Below, piece after piece: positions 35,882-46,707 of a stretch of 64,000 nucleotides of DNA. Source of the DNA: Thermoleophilia bacterium. Its GTDB lineage: Bacteria; Actinomycetota; Thermoleophilia; RBG-16-64-13. The position numbers and the translations under genes are program-made. Under the pieces are notes generated by a model. That model was not told the DNA's origin, did no database searches, and saw only the letters and a program-made list of their open reading frames with translations. The DNA lies in the NCBI GenBank assembly GCA_026415615.1, contig JAOAGT010000003.1:103077-167076 (forward strand). Reading direction: 5' to 3'. Each line of letters begins with the position of its first letter. Within the stretch, counting starts at the first letter, position 1.

Positions 35882-37538
35882 TCACGGGCAGCACCATTGG
35901 TCGCCGGTTGGCCTCACGACGCAGGAACTTCTGCAGAACGTCATGGACGTGATTTTTCAGCAGCGCTACGTCCTCCACCTGACGCATTTCCTCGCTTTCC
36001 AAGGATTCAACGACTACCTCCCTAGCCCTGCGAGAGAGTTCGTCGATATCCCCCGGGTAGGCAAAACCGCGAAATACGACCTCTGGTTCTCCTAGAACCG
36101 TGCCTTCCTGAGCGCTTCGCACAACTACCACCATCACCAGTCCATCGGTGGCAAGATGCTGCCGGTCTCGCAACACAAGTTCCTGGGTATCTCCCATCGC
36201 AAAGCCGTCAACCAAGATCATGCCAGCCCGTACGCGGCCGCTAACCCAAGCACGGTCAGACCTAAGTTCAAGCACATCGCCGTTCTCGAGAAGAAAGATG
36301 TTCTCCTCAGGAATGCCCACCTCCTGGGCAATCTCGGAGTGGAAATAGAGATGACGATGCTCTCCGTGGATGGGCACGAAGTACTTAGGGCGCACCAGAT
36401 TAAGCATAACTTTTAGTTCCTCGGTAGCCGCGTGCCCGGAGACATGCACCCCGGCTTGCATACCGTATATCACTCGCGCGCCCGCGGCAAACAGGCGATC
36501 AATGGTCCTGTAGACGCTGCTCTCGTTTCCAGGAACAGGTCGAGCCGAGATGATTACCGTATCGCCTTTGATTATCTCCACTGTAGGATGATCACGTGCA
36601 GCAATACGGGCAAGAGCCGAGAGCGGTTCGCCTTGACTCCCTGTACACAGAACCACCACACGCTGCGGTGGGAGATAGTTGATTTCAGATGGGCGAACAA
36701 TGAGCCCGTCTGGAACCCGGAGATAGCCCAGGTTGGCAGCAATGTTCACGTTCTTGACCATACTCCGGCCCACAATGGCCACCGATCTTCCATGACGGGC
36801 AGCGGTGTCAAGAACTTGCTGGATTCGGTGAATGTGACTGGCAAAGGATGCGATGATTATCCTCCCGGGAGCTAGAGCAAAGATGCTGTTTAACTTCTCA
36901 CCCACACTCCGCTCCGGCCCCGTGAACCCAGGAGTGTCAGCGTTAGTACTGTCGGAAAGCAGGAGCAAGACGCCCTTTCTACCCAGCTCAGCAAAACGCT
37001 GGATAGCGGTGGGACGACCATCAATGGGAGCCTGGTCAAGCTTGAAGTCCCCAGAGTGTACGACAGTCCCTACCGGCGTATGGATACCTAAACCGACCCC
37101 GTCAGGAATGCTGTGCGAGACTTCTAGAAACTCCAGCCTAAATGGCCCCAGACGGAGATCCTTTTCGGTGGTGATCTCATTAAGAGACACCTTGCCCTGA
37201 AGTCCATGCTCCCCCAGCTTGGAGTTAATGAGACCGAGGGTCAGCCTCGTGCCGTATACAGGCACATTTACCTCGCGCAAAAGGTAGGGCAAAGCGCCCA
37301 CATGATCCTCGTGTCCATGGGTGACTACTATGCCTGCTACTCGCTCACGGTTCTCAACCACATAAGAGAAATCCGGCAACACAAGATCGATGCCGAGCAT
37401 CTCGTCGTCGGGGAACATCAGACCAGTGTCCACCACCAGCAAGGTATCACCGTATTCAAACACGGTCATGTTCTTGCCGATAGCTCCCAGACCACCCAGA
37501 GGTATAACTTTTAGAGATTTCTCCGACATAGATGACAC
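35868..37538 (-). CDS. rnj: Ribonuclease J
   Basis: LKVIPLGGLGAIGKNM, the VTHGHEDHVGALPYL beta-lactamase motif, and beta-CASP with a C-terminal domain. Confidence 0.9.
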   Translation of the reverse strand: MSSMSEKSLKVIPLGGLGAIGKNMTVFEYGDTLLVVDTGLMFPDDEMLGIDLVLPDFSYVVENRERVAGIVVTHGHEDHVGALPYLLREVNVPVYGTRLTLGLINSKLGEHGLQGKVSLNEITTEKDLRLGPFRLEFLEVSHSIPDGVGLGIHTPVGTVVHSGDFKLDQAPIDGRPTAIQRFAELGRKGVLLLLSDSTNADTPGFTGPERSVGEKLNSIFALAPGRIIIASFASHIHRIQQVLDTAARHGRSVAIVGRSMVKNVNIAANLGYLRVPDGLIVRPSEINYLPPQRVVVLCTGSQGEPLSALARIAARDHPTVEIIKGDTVIISARPVPGNESSVYRTIDRLFAAGARVIYGMQAGVHVSGHAATEELKVMLNLVRPKYFVPIHGEHRHLYFHSEIAQEVGIPEENIFLLENGDVLELRSDRAWVSGRVRAGMILVDGFAMGDTQELVLRDRQHLATDGLVMVVVVRSAQEGTVLGEPEVVFRGFAYPGDIDELSRRAREVVVESLESEEMRQVEDVALLKNHVHDVLQKFLRREANRRPMVLPVIVEV

Positions 37539-37603
37539 AACAAGAGGAAGTCCCGGTCTTTGGTCCGCGACTCCCTATCGGATCTAGAAGTCGTTGGATT
37601 CCT

Positions 37604-38353
37604 TTATAGGATGTTCTCCAAACCCACTACGAGTCCTTGTATCTGCCGGACTCGCTTGATAGCCAAAATCACCCCGGGCATGAAGGACTCTCGCGACAGA
37701 GAATCATGCCTTATGGTCAGGATTTCGCCCAAGCCTCCGAAAATGACCTCCTGATGTGCAACCAGCCCGGGAAGTCGCACGGAATGGATCGGGAGTTCCT
37801 TATCTGCCCCTTTTTGTCGCCACACTTCTTGAATGCGACTCCGGGTCAGGCGGGAAGTCCCAGAGGGAGCATCAAGCTTAGCCTGATGGTGCAGCTCTAT
37901 GATCTCGCAGGCATCGAAGAATTTGGCCGCCTGTTGCGCAAACTGCATCATAAGCACTGCACCCATCGCGAAATTCGGCGCCACCAGGACTGACGTCTTA
38001 GCTTTTCGCGCGGCCTCATCGATTTCGGCGAGATCGTCTGGACCCAGACCTGTCGTCCCTACCACTACAGGCACACCAAGACTGATACACGTGAGCACGT
38101 TCTCAAGAACGGCAGCAGGAGTGGTGAAATCTACCACTACGTCGGGCCTAGTATTAATTATCGCCTCCCGCAGGTCGCGGAAACGCTCACCCCGCCCTTT
38201 TGTTCCCAGCTCCTCCTGGGTATAGGCGGGGTCTACGGCAGCCACCAACTGGAGTTCTTTGTCGGCAACCACCGCCTCACAAGTCAGCGCTCCCATCCTG
38301 CCGCGGGCTCCAGCTACGGCTACACGCAACTGACCAGATTCCACGTCCATGTC
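37604..38353 (-). CDS. dapB: 4-hydroxy-tetrahydrodipicolinate reductase
   Basis: LRVAVAGARGRMG NAD(P)-binding N-terminus and a DapB C-terminal domain. The start is chosen at the internal MDVESGQ, because the upstream peptidase gene ends at 38371. Confidence 0.85.
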   Translation of the reverse strand, partial: DMDVESGQLRVAVAGARGRMGALTCEAVVADKELQLVAAVDPAYTQEELGTKGRGERFRDLREAIINTRPDVVVDFTTPAAVLENVLTCISLGVPVVVGTTGLGPDDLAEIDEAARKAKTSVLVAPNFAMGAVLMMQFAQQAAKFFDACEIIELHHQAKLDAPSGTSRLTRSRIQEVWRQKGADKELPIHSVRLPGLVAHQEVIFGGLGEILTIRHDSLSRESFMPGVILAIKRVRQIQGLVVGLENIL

Positions 38354-38370
38354 GACGGCTCCCTTCTCAC

Positions 38371-39648
38371 CTACATCAAGCTGGAGAGACAATCTTCGGG
38401 CACCACCTTGGCAAAGGTATCTTCGTCGCAACCAATACCTACAACCGAGAGAGACGATGGCCGGTACACCTCGTTGGCCAAAGCCAGCAGCTGTTCGCTT
38501 GTAACCGCCTCTATACGCCGCTCAAGTTCATCTACCGACAATATCTCGGTGCCGGTTACCACTCCTTTGCCAAGTCTGGTCATCCGACTTGAAGTGCTCT
38601 CCATGCCAAGAATCAGTCTTCCCTTAAGATGCTCCTTGGCTCTTCTTAGCTCCTCTTCAGGGACAGGTTCGGTTACCAGACGCACAACTTCTTTCCCCAC
38701 CACTTCCATCACAGCGTCAAGCCGCTCAGGCCTGCAGCCGAAGTAGAGACCGGTAAGGCCAGTCTCTTGGTAGAGGGCGGAAAACGAATAGATGCTGTAG
38801 ACAAGTCCGCGCTTCTCCCTCACCTCCTGGAACAAACGCGAGCTCAAACATCCACCAAACAGGCTGTCAAGAACCGACAGCTGAAAACGACGCTCATCAT
38901 CGCGGGCAAGACCCAACCCTCCCACACAGACGTGCATCTGCTCGGTGTCCTTCGTCAGAAAGTAACGCCGCGGTTTTGCCACCGGAGCCAGAGTCGGGCG
39001 TCCCACCTCGCCACTTCCCGGACGGTCATGTAGTTTGAGTAACAGCTCTCGCAGCTGGTCATGGTCAAGGCTCCCGGCTGCAGCCACCACCATATCTCCA
39101 AACTGAAAACGCCTCCGGTGATATGAGCGAATATCCTCTTCGCTTACCCCGGAAATGGTGTCCTTGGTGCCCAGGATGGGGTGCGCCAACGGATGGCCGT
39201 CTAGCACCACCTCGGCCAGCACGTCGTGAATTAGGTCCTGGGGCGAATCTTCCACCATGGCAATCTCCTCCAGGACAACCTCCCGCTCTTGCTCAAAATC
39301 GGCAAAGGTGGGAGTAAGCAGCATGTCGGTCATCACGTCCAAGGCCGGCTCCAAGTGCTCGTCTAAGAAGCGACCGTAAACCACCACATACTCGCGGGAG
39401 GTGCTGGCGTTAAGTTCGCCGCCGAGGGAATCAAAAACCTGGGCTATCTCTTCTGCCGTGTAACGCGAGGAGCCCTTGAATAGGAGATGTTCGATGAAAT
39501 GGGTGGCTCCAGCCAGCCCTGGAGGCTCGTCTCGCGAGCCTGTCGGGATCCAGAAGCCAAGAGAGATCGATCGAACGTGATCGATTCTCTCTGTGATTAG
39601 CTGCTGGCCAGTAGGAAGTTGTTCAAGGCGGTATTCTTCAGCGCCCAC
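38371..39648 (-). CDS. M16 family zinc peptidase (insulinase-like; MlpA/YmxG-like)
   Basis: Inverted zinc-binding motif HFIEHLLFKG...E. Confidence 0.75.
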   Translation of the reverse strand: MGAEEYRLEQLPTGQQLITERIDHVRSISLGFWIPTGSRDEPPGLAGATHFIEHLLFKGSSRYTAEEIAQVFDSLGGELNASTSREYVVVYGRFLDEHLEPALDVMTDMLLTPTFADFEQEREVVLEEIAMVEDSPQDLIHDVLAEVVLDGHPLAHPILGTKDTISGVSEEDIRSYHRRRFQFGDMVVAAAGSLDHDQLRELLLKLHDRPGSGEVGRPTLAPVAKPRRYFLTKDTEQMHVCVGGLGLARDDERRFQLSVLDSLFGGCLSSRLFQEVREKRGLVYSIYSFSALYQETGLTGLYFGCRPERLDAVMEVVGKEVVRLVTEPVPEEELRRAKEHLKGRLILGMESTSSRMTRLGKGVVTGTEILSVDELERRIEAVTSEQLLALANEVYRPSSLSVVGIGCDEDTFAKVVPEDCLSSLM

Positions 39649-41782
39649 TGCGCCCCTTCGTAGACTCGTTGTCTTTTGCCGACAAGTTGCTGATAAGGCG
39701 CAGGCTTATCTTTTCTTTTCCGCCCTGCTGCTGGACATCGAGAACTTCTACCTTGACAAGGTCTCCACGGCTAACAACGTCTTCCACGTTGGTCACCCGC
39801 CGATCCGAAAGTCGTGAGATGTGAATGAGGCCATCAGTGCCTGGCTTAAGGGTGACAAACGCACCAAAAGACGTGGTCGCCGCCACGCGGCCCTCTATGA
39901 TATCGCCGGCTTGTACGTCTCGGGTGAGTAGCTCGATGCGTTTCATACAGGCGTCGCCCATTGACCCGTTGGTGGCAAATATCTTGATCAGGCCGTCCTC
40001 GCCTACGTCAATCGTGCAATCAAATTCGCTTTCCAAACCACGAATTGTCTCCCCGCCTTTACCGATGACCGCCCCGATCTTGTCAGGGTCGATACGCATG
40101 GTGGTGATGCGAGGAGCATACTCTGAAAGGTGAGGCCGCGGCTCAGCAATAACTTCGGTAATCTTCTTCAAGATAAACATTCTTGCTTCCCGCGCCCTTT
40201 GGAGCGCTTCCCGCATAATGGCAAAAGTCACTCCCTGGATCTTGATGTCCATTTGCAGCGCGGTAACGCCCACCTCAGTGCCAGCGACCTTGAAGTCCAT
40301 GTCACCAAGATGGTCCTCCACACCAGCGATGTCTGTGAGGATGACGTAGTCATCGCCTTCCTTGATCAAACCCATCGCGATGCCGGCAACAGGCCTCTTG
40401 ATTGGGACCCCGGCATCCATGAGAGCTAGTGTAGAGGCACACACACTGGCCATAGAGCTGGAGCCATTAGACTCTAGTGTCTCCGATACCAGACGTATGG
40501 TGTACGGGAAAACCTCCTCGTCCGGTATTACTGGGGCCAAAGCCCGTTCCGCCAGAGCACCGTGGCCGATCTCCCGACGGCTTGGTCCGCGCATAAAGCC
40601 AGCCTCTCCCACACAGAAGGGTGGGAACTTATAGTGATGCATGAACCGCTTTGATTCTTCGACATCCAGGCCGTCAATACGCTGCTCGTCACGCTCGGCG
40701 CCCAAGGTAAGCAAGGTGAGAACCTGGGTTTGACCCCTGGTGAAAAGTCCCGAGCCATGCGTACGCGGGGCCACGCCTACCTCACACGTAATGGGTCTTA
40801 TCTCATCCAGGGCTCGCCCATCTGGCCGTTTCTTCTCAACAGCAATGGTCCGGCGTACGATCTCTTTCTCAACGGCGTCAAATGCACGAGAGAGCTCAGC
40901 TATCTCAGCAGCCGGGTCCTCGGAATCTTCGGCCGGGGGCCAGGTGGCAAGTACCTCCTGCTTAACAGCCGCAACAGCATTGGCTCGCTCATGCTTGTCA
41001 AAGACGTTTGAGGCTTCGCGAATCTCGCCGCCAAAACGGGCCTTGATCTTGTCCATCAGAAGCCGGTCGGGCAACCGCTCGATAAACTCCATCTTGGGTT
41101 TGCCCACTTCGGCAGCCCAGGCCCGGATGACCTCGGCCTGTTTCTTAATCGCTTCGTGTGCGACCTCAAGCCCAGCAAGGATTTCCTCTTCTTCCACTTC
41201 GTGACAGCCGGCTTCCACCATGGTAATAGCATCGACAGTGCCAGCCACTACCAGGTTTATGGGGCTCTTTTCGATTTCAGAATACGTTGGGTTGATCACC
41301 CATGACCCATCCACCTTGGCCACTCTCACCGCTCCCACAGGCCCCAAGAACGGAGCTTCGGACAGACTAAGCGCCGCTGAAGCTCCCGCGACAGCAAGCA
41401 CGTCGTAAGGATTGGCCTTATCGACAGAAAGAACTGTCGCCACAATGTGTGTCTCGCGATTGAAGCCTTTAGGCCACAGGGGCCGAATGGGTCGGTCGAT
41501 GAGCCTTGCGTTTAGAATTGCCTGATCGCTGGGCCTGCCTTCTTTCTTAATAAAGCCGCCGGGTATTTTGCCGGCGGCGTACATCCCCTCTTCAACGTCA
41601 ACCGTAAGCGGGAAAAAGTCCACGTTCCTCTCGGCACTTGATACCACCGCGGTGACAAGCACCATTGTATCCCCGCTCCGGACCACAACGGCTCCACTGG
41701 CCTGCTTGGCCAGTCTGCCGGTCTCGAAGGTGATTCTCCGATCACCCAACACAACTTCTATCGTACTTACTCCACTGCCCAC
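39638..41782 (-). CDS. pnp: Polyribonucleotide nucleotidyltransferase (PNPase)
   Basis: Two RNase PH domains plus KH and S1 domains; canonical motifs throughout. Confidence 0.95.
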   Translation of the reverse strand: MGSGVSTIEVVLGDRRITFETGRLAKQASGAVVVRSGDTMVLVTAVVSSAERNVDFFPLTVDVEEGMYAAGKIPGGFIKKEGRPSDQAILNARLIDRPIRPLWPKGFNRETHIVATVLSVDKANPYDVLAVAGASAALSLSEAPFLGPVGAVRVAKVDGSWVINPTYSEIEKSPINLVVAGTVDAITMVEAGCHEVEEEEILAGLEVAHEAIKKQAEVIRAWAAEVGKPKMEFIERLPDRLLMDKIKARFGGEIREASNVFDKHERANAVAAVKQEVLATWPPAEDSEDPAAEIAELSRAFDAVEKEIVRRTIAVEKKRPDGRALDEIRPITCEVGVAPRTHGSGLFTRGQTQVLTLLTLGAERDEQRIDGLDVEESKRFMHHYKFPPFCVGEAGFMRGPSRREIGHGALAERALAPVIPDEEVFPYTIRLVSETLESNGSSSMASVCASTLALMDAGVPIKRPVAGIAMGLIKEGDDYVILTDIAGVEDHLGDMDFKVAGTEVGVTALQMDIKIQGVTFAIMREALQRAREARMFILKKITEVIAEPRPHLSEYAPRITTMRIDPDKIGAVIGKGGETIRGLESEFDCTIDVGEDGLIKIFATNGSMGDACMKRIELLTRDVQAGDIIEGRVAATTSFGAFVTLKPGTDGLIHISRLSDRRVTNVEDVVSRGDLVKVEVLDVQQQGGKEKISLRLISNLSAKDNESTKGRSGR

Positions 41783-41884
41783 TTCTTGTAATCTCCCGTC
41801 TGAGGGCTCCCGGCCCTCCGCTAAAGTAAATATCTTCTTTCTCCCCTGCCACCAAGAACCTAAACCGCTTTGGCTCTGCTGCAG

Positions 41885-42151
41885 TTACCGCCGCAGACCG
41901 AGCTCCTGGATCACCTGACGGTAGCGCTCCATATCCTGAGTCTGAAGATAGTTTAGTAAACGCCGCCGCTGACCTACCATCATCAGAAGACCGCGTCTTG
42001 AATGATGGTCCTTCTTGTGAACCTTCAAGTGCTCTGTCAGATTGTTTATCCTCTCGGTCAAAATGGCGATCTGCACCTCCGGTGACCCGGTATCGGCCGG
42101 ATGTTTTTGAAACTTTGCGATGATTTCCTGCTTGCGCTCCTTAGTTAGCAT
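41885..42151 (-). CDS. rpsO: 30S ribosomal protein S15
   Basis: [15 protein letters not shown]...[12 protein letters not shown].... Confidence 0.9.
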   Translation of the reverse strand: MLTKERKQEIIAKFQKHPADTGSPEVQIAILTERINNLTEHLKVHKKDHHSRRGLLMMVGQRRRLLNYLQTQDMERYRQVIQELGLRR

Positions 42152-42358
42152 CAAGACCTCCAATTTTTCCGTGCTCCCAGCGAGAACTCCTTGGTTCAGG
42201 CCGAGATGCAGGTTCCACTACTCGCGGTCATCATCCCTCCGCAAACAGCGTCAGGTTTGTGATCCGCGTCTTACTCCAGAACAAACATCTGGAGCAGTGG
42301 AGTAGGTTACCACAGGGAGAGCCAAAGCGAGCTTTCCCGGGCTAAAGCAGAGTCTCTA

Positions 42359-43444
42359 TCACTGACCGCCCACCAGACGGGCGAATGTGGCAAGGGATAA
42401 ACCCGCCTGGATCCTAGCCCGCTTGATCTCAAAGATAGTTTGCGGGGCTGGCTTCCCACCCTTATCGGTAGACACCGCAAGTGAATATCCCGCTTCCTTG
42501 GCAGCGAGGATCACTTGCGAGTTGTAGGCTCCCGCTGGATAGGCAAGAGCGTACACTGGCGCGCCGACTTCTTGTTCAATCACAGCCCGGGAGTCGGCCA
42601 GCTCTCGGGCTAGCTTGCTTGATGAGATCTTAGTGAGGTCGGGATGAGAAACCGTGTGTGACTGAACCGCCATGCCCGCCTGAGCCATTTCTCGAAGTTG
42701 TTCCCATGTCATTTGACCTTCTTTTCCTACGCGCGAGGTAATCACAAAGAAGGTAGCCGTAAAGCCGTAACGCTGCAGTAGAGAAAATGCCACTTCGTAG
42801 TTATCCAATCCTCCATCATCGAAGGTAAGCACCACGGCCTTGCTTGGAAGAGCAAGTGCCCCGGCCATTGCCAGGTACACGTCTGCCAAACTCACCGTGG
42901 AGAACCCATTCGAACGCAGATACTCCAGTTGCCGTACAAAATCCGGGGTCCGTACTGTAAGGGAGTCTGCGTATGGACCCGCCGGAGGCGGTGTCTCATC
43001 AACGTAGTGGTACATAAGCACTGGCACACTGACCGCTTTGGCACTCGACGGCAAAGGAGCAAAAAGCACGGCAAGCTCTTCCGGCGTGTAGGTTTCAGAC
43101 GAAGACGGGGTAGACTGCGTGGTATCGGAGGGCGAAGTACTTTCCGTGTCCCCCGATGAAATCCCACCAAACGGCGAAGTTTCTGAGGAAGAAGCCTGCG
43201 TGGTCGACGAAGCGCTTTGGTTAACCGTCTGGGAAGATTGTCCGGATGACGCGGCTTTAAGCTCAGAAGCAAATGTCCAGGGCATCTCCCGAGCACCAGG
43301 ACCAGACCGCACAAGGGCCCCCACCATCGCCACCACAACAACAGCCCCCAAGAGCACCGCAACCCCGAGCCAGCGCTCGCGGCCGACCGAGCGGCGGCGC
43401 CGCTGCGCTGATATTATCGTGCCTGGTTCTTGTCGAGCTCTCAC
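42359..43444 (-). CDS. Polysaccharide deacetylase family protein with TM anchor and Ser/Thr-rich linker
   Basis: TM helix; a linker of about 60 aa rich in S/T (SSTTQASSSETSPFGG...); NodB motifs VLMYHYV, LTFDDGGLDN and QSHTVSHPDL. Confidence 0.7.
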   Translation of the reverse strand: MRARQEPGTIISAQRRRRSVGRERWLGVAVLLGAVVVVAMVGALVRSGPGAREMPWTFASELKAASSGQSSQTVNQSASSTTQASSSETSPFGGISSGDTESTSPSDTTQSTPSSSETYTPEELAVLFAPLPSSAKAVSVPVLMYHYVDETPPPAGPYADSLTVRTPDFVRQLEYLRSNGFSTVSLADVYLAMAGALALPSKAVVLTFDDGGLDNYEVAFSLLQRYGFTATFFVITSRVGKEGQMTWEQLREMAQAGMAVQSHTVSHPDLTKISSSKLARELADSRAVIEQEVGAPVYALAYPAGAYNSQVILAAKEAGYSLAVSTDKGGKPAPQTIFEIKRARIQAGLSLATFARLVGGQ

Positions 43445-43462
43445 ATCAATCTATTGCCCGGC

Positions 43463-44431
43463 TCAAGCAGGCCCGTGGTCCTCACGCGACTGACCGCGAA
43501 GGCGCGCATGTGCCTGCCGAGCCACCTCAATATCCCGTCTTATGGCCTTCGCCAGTTCATTCGCGTCCGAAAAAGCAGCCTGCTCCCGAATTCGTTCCAA
43601 GAAGTCAACGGCAAGCCAGCGGCGGTACAGATTTCCCGAGAAATCAAGCAGAAGAGTCTCCACCGTCAGCTCTTGGCCGCCGAAAGTAGGATTGGTGCCA
43701 ACACTGGTGATCGAGTCGGCCTCAAATTTTCCGTCGACGGTTGACCGACTTACATACACGCCAGGTCGAGGAAGTGCAACTTCCCCGTCCACTCTTACAT
43801 TCGCGGTGGGGGCGCTTAGCGTCCTTCCTCGCCCGGCTCCAGGCACCACCAGGCCTTCCACTCGATGTGGACGGCCGAGAAGTCTCGCCGCCTCCTCCAC
43901 CTGTCCTTCGTTCAGAAGCTGGCGAATCCGCGTGCTGGATATAACGTCGCCATCGTCTCTCGCCAGCTCTATGGCATAGACCGCAAAACCGTGCACTGCG
44001 CCAAAGACCTCAAGGTGCTCGGCCGTACCCTCACCCCTATGACCAAACCGGAAGTTCTCTCCCACGTACACCGCCCGCACCCCAAGTCGCGAAGAAAGCA
44101 CCCGCTCGCAGAAGGCCTGTGGCGAGAGCTGCGAGAACTCGGCGTCAAAGGTGACAACGACCATCTCATCCAGGCCCAGCTCTGCGAGCAGAAAAGCCTT
44201 TCGCTCTAGCGTGGTAAGCAGAGGAGGAGCTCCCTCCTTACGGAGAACTGCATCGGGGTGAGGGTGAAAGGTGACTGCGGTAACTGTTGCGCCGATTGCG
44301 CGGCCGTGCTCGACCGCTCGCTGTAGGATCCTTTGATGGCCGCGGTGCACCCCGTCAAATACCCCGATGGCGGCCACCCTTCCCCGCGCTGGAGCACCGC
44401 CAACCTCTTCCAAAGAACGATATACCCGCAT
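43463..44431 (-). CDS. ribF: Bifunctional riboflavin kinase / FMN adenylyltransferase
   Basis: GVFDGVHRGHQ; a C-terminal riboflavin kinase domain. Confidence 0.9.
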   Translation of the reverse strand: MRVYRSLEEVGGAPARGRVAAIGVFDGVHRGHQRILQRAVEHGRAIGATVTAVTFHPHPDAVLRKEGAPPLLTTLERKAFLLAELGLDEMVVVTFDAEFSQLSPQAFCERVLSSRLGVRAVYVGENFRFGHRGEGTAEHLEVFGAVHGFAVYAIELARDDGDVISSTRIRQLLNEGQVEEAARLLGRPHRVEGLVVPGAGRGRTLSAPTANVRVDGEVALPRPGVYVSRSTVDGKFEADSITSVGTNPTFGGQELTVETLLLDFSGNLYRRWLAVDFLERIREQAAFSDANELAKAIRRDIEVARQAHARLRGQSREDHGPA

Positions 44432-44440
44432 TCCCTGTCT

Positions 44441-45310
44441 CTATCCTCTTGGCATCACAACGACCGGCCGCGCTATGTCTTGCTCGCCCTCGTACACAGC
44501 AATTAAGCCGCGCGGCCCATGAACACGGAACTTCCCCTTGCGGTACGCAGGCAGATCGTTTCCGTTCTCAGCCATGCGAGCAAGATTGTCTGCGACATAA
44601 TAAGCCGGCAAAAAACGGAGGGCCTCGTCCACCGAGAGAACTCCTTGCCCGCCTTGTAAATACAGTTGATACGAAAGGTCCTCTGGCTTGAGCGCCTCGC
44701 AAACACAGAAGCCTCCCACTCGAGTGCGTCTAAGGGCAAGCGCATATCCCCCGGTTCCTACAGCTGCCCCAAGGTCAGCAGCAAGAACACGAATGTAGGT
44801 ACCGCTTGAAACCAGTGCTACAAAGCTCCCTTGCTGCTTTTCTTCGTCAAACTCGATCAGACTAAGATCGTAGATCGTGACCTCACGCTCGGGAGTTTCT
44901 ACGGACTCTCCCCGGTGAGCCCGCTGGTACAAGGGCTTGCCGTTGACTTTGACCGCCGAGGTCATGGGCACTCGCTGTCGCACGCGTCCCAAGAACTGCC
45001 CTAGCACTTCTACCACCTGACGAGCAGTTGTCTGCTTGCCTGTAGGGTTTATGTCACCAGTTGGGTCGCCAGTAGCAGAAACCGCTCCAAACTGCACTAT
45101 GAACTCATATTCCTTGGGCAGACCCATAAGAAGACTTGAAACTCGTGTGGCAGATCCCACGAGGAGCAAGAGAAGCCCGCTGGCAAACGGATCTAGGGTG
45201 CCAGCGTGCCCCAGTTTAACCGACAACCCTCGCTTGGCCACTCTGACAATGTCGTAACTGGTCGGCCCGACCGGTTTGTCCACAAGCACCACACAGGAGG
45301 GGGAAGCCAT
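44441..45310 (-). CDS. truB: tRNA pseudouridine(55) synthase
   Basis: VLVDKPVGPTSYDIV...GHAGTLDP catalytic Asp motif. Confidence 0.9.
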   Translation of the reverse strand: MASPSCVVLVDKPVGPTSYDIVRVAKRGLSVKLGHAGTLDPFASGLLLLLVGSATRVSSLLMGLPKEYEFIVQFGAVSATGDPTGDINPTGKQTTARQVVEVLGQFLGRVRQRVPMTSAVKVNGKPLYQRAHRGESVETPEREVTIYDLSLIEFDEEKQQGSFVALVSSGTYIRVLAADLGAAVGTGGYALALRRTRVGGFCVCEALKPEDLSYQLYLQGGQGVLSVDEALRFLPAYYVADNLARMAENGNDLPAYRKGKFRVHGPRGLIAVYEGEQDIARPVVVMPRG

Positions 45311-45313
45311 TTC

Positions 45314-46321
45314 TCACTCCGGCTGCAAGAGCTCTCTCAGTCGAGTTTCAAGCCACCTGACAACCTGATCTGCGTCAGCCTGAACGGTGAAGCCGGCAGC
45401 CCTAACATGTCCTCCTCCCCCCACCTCATGAGCAAGCGCAGCCACATCCACGCTCCCGTCAGTGGAACGAAGACTAGCTTTGGTCTCCACCCCTTGTTTC
45501 CCGATCCTCTCCCTTAGTAACACCGCCACTCGGACGCCCCGAAGCAGCCGTATGGTGTCGATGATGCCTTCGGCTTGCCCCTCATCTGCACCAAACTCAG
45601 CGAAGTCACCATTTAGAAGCCTCGATATGGCCAAGGCTCCGTCTAGACGGACTTCCAGGCGACTGAGGGCCCTCCCAAGAAGCTGCAACTTTGACAACGG
45701 CAGACTCTCGTACACAAGTCGACAAACCGCACTAGCGTCAACCCCGCGTTCAAGCAACTCTGCCGCCAGCCGGTGCGCTTGCGGTGTCGTGTTGGAAAAC
45801 TGGAATTTGCCCGTATCCGTGACAAGACCAACATACAACGCAGTAGCCACCTGAGCGTCGATAGGCAAGTCGCCCGCACAAAAGATCTCGTAAAGCAAAG
45901 CAGTGCTAGAAGGAGCCGTGGGCGCCACAAGGTTTATATCACCAAACAAGGGGTTGTCTTGGTGATGGTCAATATTGACGCGCACCGCCCCAGAAGGAAT
46001 CTCCCCCGAAGTGGAGCGCGCTAGAGACGCGCAGTCAAGAAAATAGAAAGTGGCCTCCGGAATATCAGGCAGGTGGTCGCCTCGGACAATTTCTTCGAGC
46101 CGCGGGAGAAAAGCATACTCCTGGGGAAAGCTCGCTCCACCGGGGACAAAACCGACACATCTTATCCCCAACCTTTCGCACATCAATAGAACAGCGGAAA
46201 GACATCCCAGCGCGTCACCATCGGGCGCCTCATGAGAAACGGCAATAACGGCCTTCTCGGTCTTGAAGCGCTCGGCGATGACAACTGCAACTGAACGCTC
46301 CGGCTCTGCCAGAATGCTCAT
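45314..46321 (-). CDS. nrnA: DHH/DHHA1 phosphoesterase (NrnA-like nanoRNase / pAp phosphatase)
   Basis: DHH motifs (HEAPDGDALG, IDHHQDN) and a DHHA1 GGGH motif. Confidence 0.75.
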   Translation of the reverse strand: MSILAEPERSVAVVIAERFKTEKAVIAVSHEAPDGDALGCLSAVLLMCERLGIRCVGFVPGGASFPQEYAFLPRLEEIVRGDHLPDIPEATFYFLDCASLARSTSGEIPSGAVRVNIDHHQDNPLFGDINLVAPTAPSSTALLYEIFCAGDLPIDAQVATALYVGLVTDTGKFQFSNTTPQAHRLAAELLERGVDASAVCRLVYESLPLSKLQLLGRALSRLEVRLDGALAISRLLNGDFAEFGADEGQAEGIIDTIRLLRGVRVAVLLRERIGKQGVETKASLRSTDGSVDVAALAHEVGGGGHVRAAGFTVQADADQVVRWLETRLRELLQPE

Positions 46322-46707
46322 GGCTCGCTCTCCGCAGAGCCCTCCTCGTCTTCCTCATGCTTCTCGCTTGACCTGAGTAAGGCATCAATCCGCATGCCCT
46401 GGTCAATACTCGAATCATAGACAAACTCGAGGAAAGGCACGCGTTTGAGCGGTAACTCATCTCCTATGCGCCGCCGCAAGTAAGCACCGGCCGCCCGCAG
46501 ACCGACAAGCGTGGCCTCCTTATCTGCTTTCTTGCCATAGACAGAAACAAAGACTTTGGCATGCGACAGGTCAGGAGAAGTCTCGACTGCGGTAAGGGTA
46601 ACAAAGCCTATCCGCGGATCCTTTATGTCTTCGGCCAGAGCAGTGCCGATGATTTCACGAATCGCTTCGTTTACTCGCCGCATGCGATATGAGGGAGCGC
46701 TACCCAT
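46318..46707 (-). CDS. rbfA: Ribosome-binding factor A
   Basis: RVNEAIREII...VTLTAVETSPDLSHAKVFVSV. Confidence 0.85.
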   Translation of the reverse strand: MGSAPSYRMRRVNEAIREIIGTALAEDIKDPRIGFVTLTAVETSPDLSHAKVFVSVYGKKADKEATLVGLRAAGAYLRRRIGDELPLKRVPFLEFVYDSSIDQGMRIDALLRSSEKHEEDEEGSAESEP